NCBI GenBank assembly: GCA_964016885.1
Contig: OZ024741.1
Location: forward strand, 156,302,001 to 156,366,000
DNA length: 64,000 nucleotides
Direction: 5' to 3'
Source: Eledone cirrhosa
Lineage: Eukaryota
Part shown: piece by piece, positions 37,945 through 52,500 of the stretch
Layout: the number at the start of each line of letters is the position of its first letter
Numbering within the stretch: the stretch's first letter is position 1
Notes under the pieces: model-generated
The model's input: only the letters and a program-made list of their open reading frames with translations
Database searches by the model: none
What the model was told of the DNA's origin: nothing
Translations under genes and position numbers: made by a program

Positions 37945-39118
37945 TTATTGCTGTTGTGGGTCTCGTTGGTATTATTGTTGTAGTGGTGGTTTTGATTGTT
38001 GTTGTTATTGTTGTTGTTGTGGCTGCCGTTGTTGTTGTAGTGGTGGTTGTGGCTGTCATTGTTGTTGTAGTGGTTGTTGTGGCTGTCGTTGTTGTTGTAG
38101 TGGTTGTTGTGGCTGCCGTTGTTGTTGTAGTAGTAGTTGTGGCTGTCATTGTGGTTGTTGTGGCTGTCGTTGTTGTTGTAGTAGTTGTTATGGCTGTCGT
38201 TGTTGTTGTAGTAGCGGTTGTGGCTGTCGTTGTTGTTGTAGTAGTGGTTGTGGCTGTCGTTGTTGTTGTAGTAGTGGTTGTGGCTGTCGTTGTTGTTGTA
38301 GTGGTTGTTGTGGCTGTCATTGTGGTTGTTGTGGCTGTCGTTGTTGTTGTAGTAGTTGTTATGGCTGCCGTTGTTGTTGTAGTAGTAGTTGTGGCTGTCG
38401 TCGTTGTTGTAGTAGTGGTTGTGGATGTCGTTGTTGTTGTAGTAGTGGTTGTGGCTGTCGTTGTTGTTGTAGTGGTAGTTGTGGCTGTCATTGTTGTTGT
38501 TGTGGCTGCCGTTGTTGTTGTAGTAGTAGTTGTGGCTGTCGTTGTTGTTGTAGTAGTGGTTGTGGCTGTCGTTGTTGTTGTAGTGGTTGTTGTGGCTGTC
38601 ATTGTGGTTGTTGTGGCTGCCGTTGTTGTTGTAGTGGTTGTTGTGGCTGTCGTTGTTGTTGTAGTAGTGGTTGTGGCTGTCGTTGTTGTTGTAGTAGTGG
38701 TTGTGGCTGTCGTTGTTGTTGTAGTAGTGGTTGTGGCTATCGTTGTTGTTGTAGTGGTAGTTGTGGCTGTCATTGTTGTTGTTATGGTTGTGATTGTTGT
38801 TGTAGTGGTGGTTGTGGCTGTCATTGTTGTTGTAGTTGTTGTTGTGGCTGTCGTTGTTGTTGTAGTGGTTGTTGTGGCTGTCGTTGTTGTTGTAGTAGTG
38901 GTTGTGGCTGTCGTTGTTGTTGTAGTAGTGGTTGTGGCTGTTGTTGTTGTAGTAGTGGTTGTGGCTGTTGTTGTTGTAGTAGTGGTTGTGGCTGTCGTTG
39001 TTGTTGTAGTGGTTGTTGTGGCTGTCATTGTGGTTGTTGTGGCTGCCGTTGTTGTTGTAGTGGTAGTTGTGGCTGTCATTGTTGTTGTTATGGTTGTGGT
39101 TGTCTCTGTTGCTGTTAT
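37945..39118. repeat. Minisatellite of about 27-bp units (gttgtggctgtcgttgttgttgtagta)
   Basis: Dozens of units varying by whole triplets. Confidence 0.95.
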
Positions 39119-39124
39119 TTGTCT

Positions 39125-39810
39125 CAAATTATGAAGCTCGAAACAAAAGACTCTAAAAGCTAAAAGACATCCTACACAAAAGACAGTATCTAAAATGATT
39201 AATAGACAATAGAACAGAACGTGCCAAAGCAATATACATTCAAGAATTACGAAAAACACAAACAACTTCAGATAAATCCAATACTCGTTCCTATATCTCA
39301 ACACACAATCTAAACATGCAACATTATTCACAAGAACATTTCATTACTGGGACAAGACCCAAGAATGAAAGTATCGCTCGAAACACATAAAATAATCAAA
39401 AGTAAAAGAAAACAAAAATCGATTTTAAAAAACTACGCCGCAGCGCCAAATTATTCCACAAATGTGGTCACCCTTATTGCGGAACATACTTTAACCTCAT
39501 TGAAGTCACACTGTATGAATTTAAATCAGGACAAACTATTTTTTTGTAAAATTTCAGTTCACCTGTTCAACAAAAAATTAAAATGTGTCATAAAATGTAA
39601 AGATTGTAATGCAGATCACGTAGAGCAAACTAAACACACCACCATCAGAAACAGAATGACATTTCAACGCCAACAACTACAAGACCCCAATACAAGACAA
39701 GTACCACTCGGTGAACAATAAGATTTGTAGGCAACGCAGAAATCCCCTGAATTCCAATTTTCCCATTATACCATTGTTCAGATAATGTGACAGATCAAAT
39801 ACGAATGGCT
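39125..39810 (+). mobile_element. Degenerate PLE (Neptune-like) GIY-YIG fragment
   Basis: IIKSKRKQKSILK; CVIKCKDCNADHVEQT..IRNRMTFQRQQLQDPNTRQVPLGE. Confidence 0.6.
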
Positions 39811-40448
39811 GTGATAATTTGATAGGTTTCGGCCAGTATTGGCCGAGGCCATGTCTAACCTAATAGCGCCAAAAGTATATTTATTCAAAAATACAAATCA
39901 TGTCAGAATAGATTCTAACTACCACCACCCTCCCCCTCCCACTACACACACACACGTAACATTCTTCAGCTTGGTAATGGAATTATTATCATCATTATTA
40001 TTGCTATTGTTGTTGCCATTATTATGATGGTATCACATGACCCTCTGTACCCGAAGGAGAAAGGAATAAATTGCCATTCCTACACAAGAAATACTTTTCG
40101 TTTATCTCACGTGGTTCGTGGTGTGGGATAAACATTTTTAAACGGCTGTAAACGCAGCTCAAAACGGTAAAATTAAACAAAAAATATATAAATAAACATC
40201 ATTTTACTTGCGACGTGTTTACAAAAGCCTTCTATATAACGAAAAGATCAGTCATTGATTTTCAAACCCTATTTTCTCTAGAACACGTGACTTGTAAAGA
40301 AACCCCTAACGATTTAATTTTTTCACTGTTTATATATATATACTATACTGTTTTTTTAATTACCCACCACAAAGACCTGTGACAAACAAACAAACTAAAG
40401 CACACACCACACTACAATAAGAAACATATAAAAAATTAGTTTTTTTTT

Positions 40449-40596
40449 TTTCGACGGCTATTTCAGAAATAGCCTTCGAAACGGCTTGAGCTCTGCCGTC
40501 GAGGTCATACTTTCTCCTATTACCCACTCTACTACCCTAAGTATTGAGTACTCTGGTGCGTTATGGTCCATCTGGTTCCTTACCACAATTCCTTCG

Positions 40597-40598
<2 letters not shown>
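40449..40598. mobile_element. Copy of the 533-733 family
   Basis: ttcgacggctatttc-a-gaaatagccttcgaaacggcttgagctc plus the shared tail. Confidence 0.8.
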
Positions 40599-40647
<49 letters not shown>

Positions 40648-40746
40648 ATACCAAAAAATAACTATATTTCTTTTTTTGCCCCTAAATTATTTCTCTAATT
40701 ATTGATGCCATCGCACTTACAATAAGACACGTACAGACACACACAG

Positions 40747-40810
<64 letters not shown>

Positions 40811-40898
40811 TTTTGTTCTGTGAAAAGACATATAAAGAATTTTGTTCTGTGAAAAGACACAACTACCACCACCAACACTACTACTACTACTATGACTA

Positions 40899-40971
<73 letters not shown>

Positions 40972-41609
40972 CCATATATATATATATTTCTCTATTTCAC
41001 CTTTATTCTCCTCCTGCCTCTTCATCTTTGTGTCATTGTTACCACCGCCGTCACTAACAACACAACCACAATCACCACATTTGATTATTGACTATATCAA
41101 ACTAAATTACTCTCTTAAGCTTTTCTCCTCATTACATTCTAAAAACACATTTCGGTAGTCGACCTTTGACATGAAAATTCCATTCATAGACACTACACAC
41201 TTCTCGGTCATCTCTGAATCTCATTCTGATTCTTGCTTCAAGCTTTAGGGATTTTTCTATCAATCTCGGAATGTCTCAGTAGAATTACTGTGATTCCTAT
41301 CATAGATATAAATATTGATTTCTTCCTTGCGGTGCTCAAGATCGATGTTACATTTAACCTACAAAATTATGCGAAATTTAAGAATCAGTTTCTATTATAG
41401 ATATTCTGAATCCAAAGTGTCCCCTGAGGCGACTTACAATCGAACACGAGAGCAGTCATGGAGTGTGGTTAAGTACTATACTTCATATAAAAGTGGTTTT
41501 GAGTTCAGTCCCGCTAGGTTTCATCTTGGGCAAGTGACTTATTTTATAGTCTCGGATTGGCCAATGACTCGTGAGTGGAATTTCATAAATGGTCACTGCA
41601 GAAGCCCGT

Positions 41610-41664
<55 letters not shown>

Positions 41665-41699
41665 GTATATATATATAAATATATATATATAAACAATGA

Positions 41700-43680
41700 T
41701 ATTAAATAAATGAGAACTGTATGTATAAAACCATATTTATTCTATTATATATATTTCAAGGGTACCAAAAGTTTGGTACGCTTTCATCAGATAAAATACA
41801 AAGTGTGTTTTATAAATTTTGACATAACCAAGAAAAGATACCTTAACGGTTCAAGTTTTTCTTGGATAGTGAAGAAAAAGAGAAGAAAAGTCAGATATTT
41901 CAAATTATTAAGATGAGTATGCAAATGAGGTTGAGGTATAGGGCTGAAAAAAAGTTATTTTTAGACGCTATGCTGAATTTAAACAATTAGGATATATGTA
42001 TGTATGAGTAGGAAGAAGAAAAAAGAAAGAAGAGCTTGTATTTACGTTAATTTAAAAAGAATTAACAATTTGCGGGAATGGTGGAATATGATTCCAGAAT
42101 TTAAATTCATTTAGCTATATTATTAGTTATAATATTGTATATATAATCTATTAGATTATATGAAGAATGATGGTTGTAAGAAGATTGTATCTTATTACAT
42201 TACAATAGGTTCTAAGTCTATAAATATCTATATAGATTACTAATTGTGCATGTATATATTATAAATATTATAGAAATAGAAATAATTTACAATTATTAGT
42301 TGTTTACATTTCTATTATGAGTTACGAAGCATGTTGATTTTGCATTTTACATTAAAAAAACACATAGTTCACGTTATAAGAGGAGAGCAATTTGTAGATT
42401 CAAATATTTTGTTCCAACATTGAAAATGTTTTCAGAATATTGTTAATTTAGCGAAGTTATATAGTTTATCATACATATTATATTATAATATAATGTTTGT
42501 TTGCACGATTGAAAAAAGGAAAGATAACTCCAATCTTGTTTGTTAACCGTTAAATTTGATGAATGATTTACTCAGAAAATTATATATTATTTTGTGTGAG
42601 ATTAATTTCAATTATATATTATTTTAGTCGAAAGATGTGTGAAAGTCGAAGATCAAAGAAGAGGAAAAAAGTAATGTGCATTTCGAAGAACTATCGTAAG
42701 CAGGATAACTTTCAGAATGTCAATTAAAGATTATCAATCTACATCTAAACAAATATATTTAGAGGAGTATCATTAAGAAAATAATGTCAAAAGGTAAAAA
42801 TAGTAAAAAAAATATAGTAAAAAATTAAAAAATTAATGTCAAATGGTAAAAATAGTAGAAATATAAAAAAAATTAAAGAAGATCATTTAAAAAAAATTAA
42901 ATTTAAATAAAAAAAAAAATAGGATCATTTTGAAGGTGTATAAGATATAGTCAAGTGTAATGAATATCATAAATTACCCCCAGCTTACTTAATAAGGCAC
43001 TTATCTACGTGGCTAAACCAGCAGACCTATCTAGTGAAGAAATGAATATAATTCTAACAGCACGTAAAACCCTAATAGAATTTAATAATCATATCTGGAC
43101 AAGAGCCGACATAAAAAACAATTTTGATATCACTATGGGATCATCTGACTCGGCGCAAGTAACAGACCTCGCTGGATTATTTATTAATAAGGTACTGCAT
43201 AGGAAAATGCCAGAGATGGCCGGTGGTTTATATTGCGACATGTTACTTTTAATTGAAAACCATAGCAACAGTGAAATTAATAGGAAAAGGAAATCCATAA
43301 TACAATTTTTCAACAACTACAACCTTAATTCAGAAATCGAAAATAATTACAAAATCGTTAACTTCTTAGATGTAACCTTAAACCTTACCGCAGGTCTTTA
43401 GCATCCATTCCATAAAATTGACGAAAATCTAAATTATGTAAGTTTGAATTCTAATAATCCTAGAAATATTAAAAACACTAGTGTCAATAGGGTTCAACAA
43501 CGGATTTCACGCATCTCTGCTAATAAAAATATTTTTGATGATAAGGCAGAATACTACAATGAAGCTTTACATACTCGAATAAAATTAAATACACAGATAA
43601 CAATAACATGACAAATCATCCTAGAATTCATTATAATAATAATAAACAATTTAACTTAAACACTAAACCAAACAAAAAAA
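41700..43680. mobile_element. PLE with a full inverted pseudo-LTR (41700-42948, -) upstream of a truncated RT (42950-43680, +)
   Basis: RT MGSSDSAQVTDLAG of the same family as 10020; 41700-42948 is the inverse of about 11428-13110. Confidence 0.85.
41738..41798 (-). ncRNA. Intact type I hammerhead ribozyme
   Basis: tattttat-CTGATGA-aagcgtaccaaa..ttggtaccctt-GAAA-tatatATA-atagaata. Confidence 0.85.
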
Positions 43681-44364
43681 CTCTTTATATACTCACACAA
43701 ACAATCTCTCTTTCTCGCTATAGCAATTTTATAAAATCAAAGAATAACAACATATACACACGCACACGCACACACGTCAGCCGTGTTGAAAAAAATCCAA
43801 ATCGTTTCATCTTTCTCTTTCACTCCCTCTCTCTATTATATAGTATAGATATACCAGAAGTATTGAAATTTGAATTTCTTAAAAGAAGTGTCTTGAACTA
43901 TGCAATAATATCATTGATATATGTTTAATCATGTGTTACGAAATTTAGTAGATAAATTATATAATATTCATTCAATATTTATTCAAAGTAATCCAACTTA
44001 TTTTACAAACTGGATAACAAATTATATTCTGGATGCAGTCCCGCACACCTTTCTTTATTATAGTTAAGATTGCAATATCGATATTATATGTTCACATATA
44101 TATGTATTACGTATGTATGTATGTATTACGTATGTATGTTCTTCTGGTTTTATAATTTCACAAAGTTTTACCAATAGAGAGAGAGTCGGTTTCTAACATA
44201 GACACAAGACTCTCTCATTGGAATTTACACATCAACTAGGTAGATATGTATGTCTGCATGCATGCATGTGTAGATATGGATGTTATTGTATGTGTGGATG
44301 TGTATGTTTTGAGTTGTATCTGTGCATGTGTATATGCTTTGTATCTGTACATGTGTATATGCAG

Positions 44365-47300
44365 TTATTAGATGCAAAATTTTTGGAATGTTTTACATAT
44401 TTTTACTGTTCCATTAATGGATGGTACTTGTAATTTCCTAACTAGTTGTGTTCTTTCTGTTCCTGTGAAGCCTAGCTTCTCAAGATTTGTATCGAGGCAG
44501 TTACTAACATATCCCAGTGCCCCAACAATCACAGGGATAAATCTGATGGTGTAATCAGGGTGGAGTATCTGCAGATTTCTCATCAGTTCTGCATAAATAT
44601 TCTCCTTTTCACTAATCTTTGATATTATATTGGCATCTGCTGGGCAGCTAATTTCCACTACTGTGCATGTTTTCTTCTCCCTGTCCTATATCATAATATC
44701 TGGTCTGTTATACCTGCATTTTATTGGGGTTTTTACTGGAACATTCCACCAGTACTCTTTCATATTATGTACATGGATGTCTTCCACATTGTTGTAGCTT
44801 TTAATGTGTTTATTATCGGGGCTATCGTTTTTACGAACTGCATTGTACAGTGTTTTGGCCACTACATCATGCCTCATAGGTAGATAGTACCGCGATGACA
44901 ACTGTGGACAGCTGCTGATGACATGGGCGATATCCTCGATGTTAGTTCTGCAGAGTCTGCACTTGTTATCACATCTGGGTGTTTTGCCTACATCCCTATC
45001 TCTTTTGTGAATCAGGTATTTCGTGCTAATCTCCTGTTCTTGGATTGCAAAAGCGTATCCTTCAAAGTGGGAGCCAATATAGTGGTTGTTGGTCCAAGAT
45101 AGACTACTTTCCTTATCTATATTACTCTCACTCTGGAGCTTCCTGGCAACATATCCATGCATGATTTTTTGCTGATAGGCATGCAGTTTTTCGAACATCG
45201 ATTCACTGCGATACTGCTGAGCGACATCCCTGGGTGTGAGTTTTTGATTATCACACAGGGAATATCTCTCAAGGAGTTCCTTCCCAACTCTCATGATCTT
45301 ATCTGTTTCATACAGATAGACTTGCTTGAGGAGCGGGCTCCTACGCTTCGAGGTTCGTAGATGTTGTCGGAGAGATATGATGCGACATTCAAATGTTGTC
45401 TGGACTGATGTTAGGCCTCTGCCTCCCTGCTTAGGTTTTAAGTAAAGGCGGTCTATGTCACTGTTGATGTGGAAGTTTCCGGTGTTGTTCATTATTTTTC
45501 GAGTTCCAACATCAACTGCTCGGATTTCGTCTATCGTCCAATTGAGTATTCCAAACGTTGGTGTTAGGACAGGCACAGCAAACACATTGTGAGCCACTGT
45601 TTTGTTTTGCGCAGAGAGTTCCGATGACCAGATCTTTCTTAATCGAGTGTAGTATTCCCTGGTTACGCGTTCTTTATTACAGATACCATTATAGGATATG
45701 TTCTCATCTATCCCCAGGTATCTGTAGCAGTCCTCATCAGATATCGGTGAAACAGTTAGACAATTGATGACAATGTTGCTAGATTGGGTTGTTGTTTTTC
45801 CCCGCTTTACAGTCATGTATGAGCATTTATCTTGGCCAAACTCCATTCCTATATCCTTTGAGAACGTTGTAACCAGGTCAAGATTTTTCTTCATCCCATC
45901 CATGTTCTTGGCATAGAGTTTCAGATCGTCCACAAAGAGTTAGGTTTGTATTTCTGTCCTCCTGTGAGCCAATGATGTATCCCTCACATTTCTTGAGAAG
46001 AAAGGACAAGGGGTTTAATGACAAGATGAACAATATCACAGAGAGACTGTCCCCCTGAAATATACCCCTGCAATATTTTATTTTATCAGTGAAAATAGAG
46101 TCCTCCCTCTCTATCTTTAACCTTAGGATAGTAGCCCAAGAAGAAGACAGCCTCTCTATGGCTCTGACAATAATGTCTGGGACTTTAGCAAGTTGGAGGG
46201 CCTCTATCATCCAAGAGTGGGGAACAGAATCGAAAGCTTTCTTTTAGTCCAGCCAGACTGTAGTCATATTTCTCCTAAGTTGTCGCACCTCCGACATCGC
46301 AGTTTTGTTGATTAGGAGTTGTTCAGCACATCCCCAAACCCTTTTCTTTCCAGCTGCTTGTTCATCTGTGATGATGTTATTATTTTCACAGTGATCTTGG
46401 AGGAATAGGTTGAGGTAGGCTGTATACATCTTATACATCAGGTTCTGGCATGCAATGGGTCGGTAGTTTTTTGCCAAGTGGGTGTCTTTGTTCTTGGGGA
46501 CCAGTAACGTTTGTGCTAATGTCAACCCTTCTGGTATAAGTGTATCTCCCTTAAGAACTTGTTGGTAGAAATCAGTAAGATACCTCCGATAGAATATTAG
46601 TTTTTTGTACCAGTAGCCGACAATCATGTCTCTTCCTGGTGTTTTCTTATCTTGGAGTTTTCCTATCACAGTCTCAAGGGTACCCTCACTTATTTTGTAT
46701 GTTTTTGTTGTAGTGTAGGAGCAATAATTCTTTCGGATTTCTCTTAGCCACACTGCATCTTGGTTGAAATTCTTCTTTTCACCCCATATTTTTCTCCAAA
46801 AGGAATCTATGTCTTTCTGGGATGGGGCCTCAGTGACACTTATTATTTTGCCCTTCATATCTCTATAGACTGATGTTTGGTTTCGTCTGAATCTTTTGTT
46901 AAGCATTTTTCTCTTATCTACCTTCTTCAGGTATCGGCGTTTTTCGCTAACAGCTCTCAATTCTTGTTTGAGGGTGATCAGCTTATATTGGAGAGTTCTG
47001 GTTCTACTGTTACCAAACATCGTCTCTATTTTATTTTTCACTCTTTTTTGGTGAGGAGTGAGGTTTTTTTGTGTTTGTTTGCATGTAAGGAGCATTATCA
47101 CATGTCCTATGTTTTTTCGTAGGTCAGCACTCTTTTTTTCTATTTTAGTTATATATGATGGTATTTTTGGTGGTGTTTTGTTCTTGTTAATATCTCTGCT
47201 ATCACCAAGATAATGCTTCACTGTCATGATTTGCCAAAATGTTGGGGTTTTTATCAGTCGTAAATATTCATCCCCTATTTAGTCAATAACACGTAGTATT

Positions 47301-48240
47301 TCATTATTTGGTTTTTTATTCACCATTGTCATTTTAACACGTTCAGCCAGAGAGATATGTATACATGAGTTAATTTCTCTCTGGAAGATTTCGTTGAGGG
47401 AAATTTTCAATTGTTTATACTTTTGATTATCATTATCGATAGTATTTTTCACAACAGTCGAGGTAGACTCGGATGGTATACGTGGTGACACATTTATTTG
47501 ATTATTATTATTATTTCTTCGATTATTATTATTATCGATAGTGTTTTCCCCAGCATTCGAGGTAGACTTAGATGGTACAGGTGGTGTCAAGTTTCTTACA
47601 GGCATAGTTGTTTCAAGGCGCTGTTCGACCTGGCTGCTAGGAAGTCTAGTAGCATGGCGATCTGTAGCACGTGTTGTTGATTCCATGTTTGTTGTGGGGG
47701 ACTTACAATTAATAATATTTATCTTATTTTTACGTTCAACAAACGTCGCTTGTTGGCGTAATTGTTTCGTTGTGAACTAATTTTGCTCTGGGTGCATTTC
47801 GTCCTAGTGTAGCTTCATTCTATTCATATAGCCAATGGAGGGATTGTTTTTTGCCATTTTATAACAATTAAATAAATCATTATTAAGTTCGCAACTCCAA
47901 GAGAAATGCGATTTATAATTTCGGTTTCTTCTGTAGCTACTACTGAATAAAGTTTGATTACCTTCTTTGTTATTTGTCTTCGATACTTCCTTAATTTTCT
48001 TGTTGATGTTGTGTTCAGCCATGCTGTTTGTAGCAAATCCTTGTAAAATGAATTATGTATTTAGTCGGATATCTCTACGAATTCGAATAAAAGGTGTCTT
48101 CAGAAGGGATAGTTAGAAGAATAACCAATTATTCAACCTGGCTGTAGTTGTGGCATTACTGTCGGAGATAGTATTCATCTTAAATTTAATAAATAGTCTC
48201 CCACGCCAAAATATGCGACTGATCGCGTTGACTGATGGAA
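44365..48240 (-). mobile_element. Near full-length Dong/R4-like REL non-LTR retrotransposon, pseudogenised
   Basis: NYRPIAC, WLD*KKAFDSVPH, GIFQGDSLS, DDLKLYA, GGRGL, CRLC..HVISSC, RHD, RPDIMI, EISCP; stops and frameshifts; (TATG)n at the 5' flank. Confidence 0.93.
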
Positions 48241-48338
48241 TGTATGTGTCATATGTTTGTATGTATGTATGTATGTATGTATGTATGTATGTATGTATGT
48301 ATGTATGTATGTATGTATGTATGCATGTATGTATGTAT

Positions 48339-48856
48339 GTCAGGTCGCTCTTAAGTGCTACTGGTAACATGTAACCCAATACAACCTGTCTCATGGTCGG
48401 ATCATCGGTGACTAAACCGGCAATCCCACCAAGCTAGCTTGGTGAGGAGGGTAATATTTCGACACCCTGGCAAAGGGTGCAGGTACTTTGCAGAATCAAC
48501 GGCTATCTAAATAGTAGTTTTTTTGTTTTTTTGTTTTTTATTCACCTGGGAGTGAAAGGCCCCCAATTGTTGTCACAACATCTTTCTAAGAGAGGGAAAC
48601 TCTGAAAAACACCTGCGGCTTCAGAAAAATCCGATGATATTGACCAGTTCTCCTTTCAGGTAGTGTTGTCTTTGCTCAGAGAGTGAGATTGGTCGAGTGC
48701 AAAGCCTTTACACACTTAAAGAACCTTCAAAGCACAGGCATTTCTGGTTCAGGATCTGTTACAGGTTCGTGTAGCTGGCCGTAGCCTAAAAGTGCATCGA
48801 ACTCTATAATCTGACAAGCGATCGCAATTCTCTTAGCAGAGTTTGCAGCCATCGAG
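48339..48856 (+). mobile_element. Internally deleted RTE-like element, related subfamily
   Basis: 5' part homologous to the 7909-8516 element (gtcaggtc..gtgctactggtaacatgta..cctgtctcatggtcgg); ends gcagccatc; sits in (TATG)n. Confidence 0.7.
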
Positions 48857-49214
48857 TATGTATGTATGTGTACGTATGTATGTTTCAAAGACGTACCTGA
48901 TACTGGCGATATATCATTTTGTCTGCTTTAACAAAATACTATTATCTAAATCTAAGAACGTAATTCTACTATGAGATGTTTATCGACAGACACAAACAAA
49001 GTGAGAACCCAATGGGTTAATTGGGAGTAATTCTGGCCTCCGTGGACTTCGTTAATTATCACATAAATCAGTTGAAACTAAACCTATAAGCAAACAATTC
49101 ATCAATCACAATCTTACATCCCATCGTCACTTTAATATCGATTATCGTTCAATGCAATATCTGTTACAACCGAATCTGAAGACATTGATACATATGATAA
49201 TAATAATAATAATT

Positions 49215-49547
49215 CATTTTGACATTGGCACAAGACCAGCAATTTGATTATTTCGACTCAAATAATTTACTGTACTTTATTTTATCGAACCCAGAAGGAT
49301 GAAATGCAAAGTTAACCTCGGCAGGATTTGAACTTAAAACGTAATAGTAATGATAATGATAATAATAATTGTTTCTATTTTTGGCACAAAGCCAGCAATT
49401 ATCCCAGTGTATTACTGGTACTTTATTTTATCGACCCCGTAAGGATGAAAGGCAAAGTTAACCTAGGCGGGATTTGAACTCAGATGATAAAGGGCCGTAA
49501 CTCTTGGCTGCAAAAGTGGCGTCCGACCCTCTACCAATACTGCCAAT
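49215..49547 (-). mobile_element. Two adjacent SINE copies
   Basis: 49215-49345 diverged; 49365-49547 younger. Confidence 0.85.
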
Positions 49548-49560
49548 AATAATAATAATA

Positions 49561-52500
49561 ATGCTTTCTTTATTAACCACAAGGGTTTACATAAAGTAGA
49601 CGTTAAGGACAGTAGTGGACAATACAGGACGGTACAAATGGGCATTTCTGCGTGTAAAAAAAAAAAGAGGTAATGAAAATAACAATGAAAAATTCCCCAA
49701 TAGGGGGGAAACTTCAGAAGGACATGTGTCGAGAAAGCCCATTAAAAGGCCACAGTGACCCTGACCACCAGGGCAAGTGCCCTCTCCCAGTTTTCCACCT
49801 TTAATTTAAAGACACATACTCAGAGTAGGCCCATTCACTCGGGCCATACTTGCTTCGCTCACCCATCTTTCAACAAAATGCTGGGAAGAGAGCACTTCCC
49901 TCTCTACCCTAATTTTCCTTTTCAAATGAAATTTGAAAAAGTTAATCAGGGCATCACCGAAGAGGTAAGTGCTCATCTTCAGCCCTTTCAAACGTGTCGA
50001 CCATACTATCTCTTTCGCCATGGCCACCAGACAGATTAAAACTGCCTGCCCTTCCCGGCTAAAGGAAGAGGGCGGGGCAATCCTCACGATGGACTCAGCT
50101 GATAGCTGGATCCATCCTACACGTGACAGCAGGTGTTCGACATAAACCCACAAGTCAGAAATGCTCGGACACTGGACGAGTGCGTGCAGGACGGTTTCGG
50201 CACCCTGCGCGCATCTCGGACATGCCCGGCTGACGGCACCTCCATGCCTGTAGAGTTTATCCGAACTGGGAAAGCTCCTCGGTAGCACTGCCAGGCCAAG
50301 GATTTCTGGAAGTTGTCCATAGGCCCCGGCCCGAAAGTCCTTCCGAAGAGATTGGCTAGTTGATTTTCGTCGACGCCTAGAGATTCTCCAAGTACGTCGT
50401 CGCTCTTCCCCTCCACTAATCCTCTATACAAAGCCAAGGTGGAGTTTCCACCGATCACATTGCCCGATTGGTCGAGGGCTGTGAGCACCTGAAGACATTC
50501 CAGTCTCCAAGCACTCCCTCTCGGTCTTCGCTTGACCCAGGACTGCAGCTCCGTCAAGGAGATGAGCTGGTGAAAGACGTGTCTAGCAAACGGCGACCAC
50601 ACCTGATCACCGTCGATGAAGAGGTGGAGATGTCGTAGCCTGAGCGCGTGTCTGCGCATCACAGCCACGGCAGGCCCAGCCCTCCATGTAGCGGGTGTTG
50701 GCAGCAGATGGACCGCCTCACCATCGGAGCGCGTCCCTTCCACAAGAAGCGAAAGAGCAAACGCTCCAGCGCAGTCAGGCGGGGCTTAGTACAAGGTACG
50801 ACGGCCAGGCGGTAGTAGATGACGGACGCGATGTACGCGTTGGCCACCTCCGCTCGACCTTTCAGGGATAGCTTCCTCTCCACCCATTTCTGGGTGAGAG
50901 AAGCCACCCTGCTCGTCACCTCGTCCCAGTTTTTGTCCGTCTGGAGGTCCGGACCGAACCAGACCCCTAGCAATTTAAGGGGTCCGTCCGTCCAGCGCCC
51001 GACGACGCTGTTGGACGGCATGGACCTGACTCTCCAGGTGCCGAGCTGCAGGCCCACTGACATTTCCTGGTTGATGATTGCTCCTGTCACTGCTTCGTAT
51101 TCTCTTAGTGTAGTGCCGATCGCCTCGATGTGTTTGGCGTTCGACACCACTACCGTACAACGTCCGCATATGCTGACACGGATCTTCCGCATCCTAGTTC
51201 GCGCGGAACCCCCCTCAACATCTCCAGTTTGTGCAGTAATGGCTCGAGAGTCAATACGTACAAGAGGGACGAGAGGGGACATCCTTGGTGGACCGAGCGC
51301 ATGATGTTGAACGGTTCCGAAAGGTGACCGTTCACTCTCACCACAGAGCAGTTGTCGCTGTGCATGGCAGCGATCCAGCCTCTGTAGGCGGGCCCAAAGC
51401 CAGCCGCCCCAAAGGTCCGCCGCTAGGTAACGATGGTCGACTCTATCGAAAGCTTTCGACTATTCTAAATTGATGAAGGACCTACCCGTGCCAGGTTCCC
51501 TAGCTACCCTCTCTACGATGTATCGCATGAGGTGGAGGTTGTCGTGGATGGATCTGTCGGGAATGGCGCACGTCTGCGCTTCTCCCACCAGACCACCAAC
51601 GACAAGCGCCAACCTCTTTGCTAGCAACTTGGCCAAAATCTTGAATTCTGTGTTTAGCAGAGTTATGGGCCGGAAATTATCTATGTTATCCCCCTTGTTC
51701 GGATCCTTTCTCAGCAGCGCCATAGCTCCTCGGCTCACAGAGCTGGGAAATCTCCCGTTTTGTTGCCAGTTGCAGTAAACGTCCGCCAAGAGGCCTCCGA
51801 ATAAGTCTGGCATCTGTACGTAAAGTTCATAGGGCAGACCATCCAAACCAGGCGATTTACCCCTTGTGCAGCCAGTCATTGCCTCCCTTACTTCAGCGGC
51901 TGTTATCGGCTTTTCGCAACACTCCGCCTCAGTGGCCGAGAGCCGCGGCAGTCCGTCGGGGTAGACACTAAAGTCCATCCCTCGATCCGTCCTGCCGCTG
52001 CCCCCGAACAGCTGTGCGAAATGTCGCTGAAAAGCTTTACACTTTTGCCTGGGATGTAGTAGCATGCGCCCGTCGTGGTCCACCAAAGACCGGATTGTGG
52101 CTTTGTTGCCACGACGCGCCTCCGCCACTCGGGCCCATTGAACGGCTTTCGTCCCCTCGTGTCTGAGAGCACGCACCCTAGCTCTGACAACGCAGCCTTC
52201 GTGCTTTGCATTGATCAAGAAAAAACTTACAAATATCTAGGTGTTTGTGAAGGAGACGGAATCAAGCACTCGGCAATGAGGGAAAGGATAAGGAAGGAAT
52301 GTTACCGCAGAGTAAGAGCAATCTTAAGAACGGAATTGAATGCAAGGAATAGGATCGATGCCATAAACACGCTTGCCATACCAGTAGTAACCTACAGTTA
52401 CAATGTCATCAACTGGTCAAGCACAGAGATCCGTAGGCTCGATACAAAAATTCGAAAATTCTTAACCATGCACAGAATGCATCACCCTAAGGCAGATATA

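Noticed and set aside
37945-39118. CRISPR-like array
   Set aside because: No unique spacers, eukaryotic context and no cas genes
37814-39331. 505-aa Thr-rich mucin-like ORF and the opposite 426-aa poly-Val ORF
   Set aside because: Translation of a triplet-phased minisatellite flanked by CRE and PLE fragments; no gene evidence
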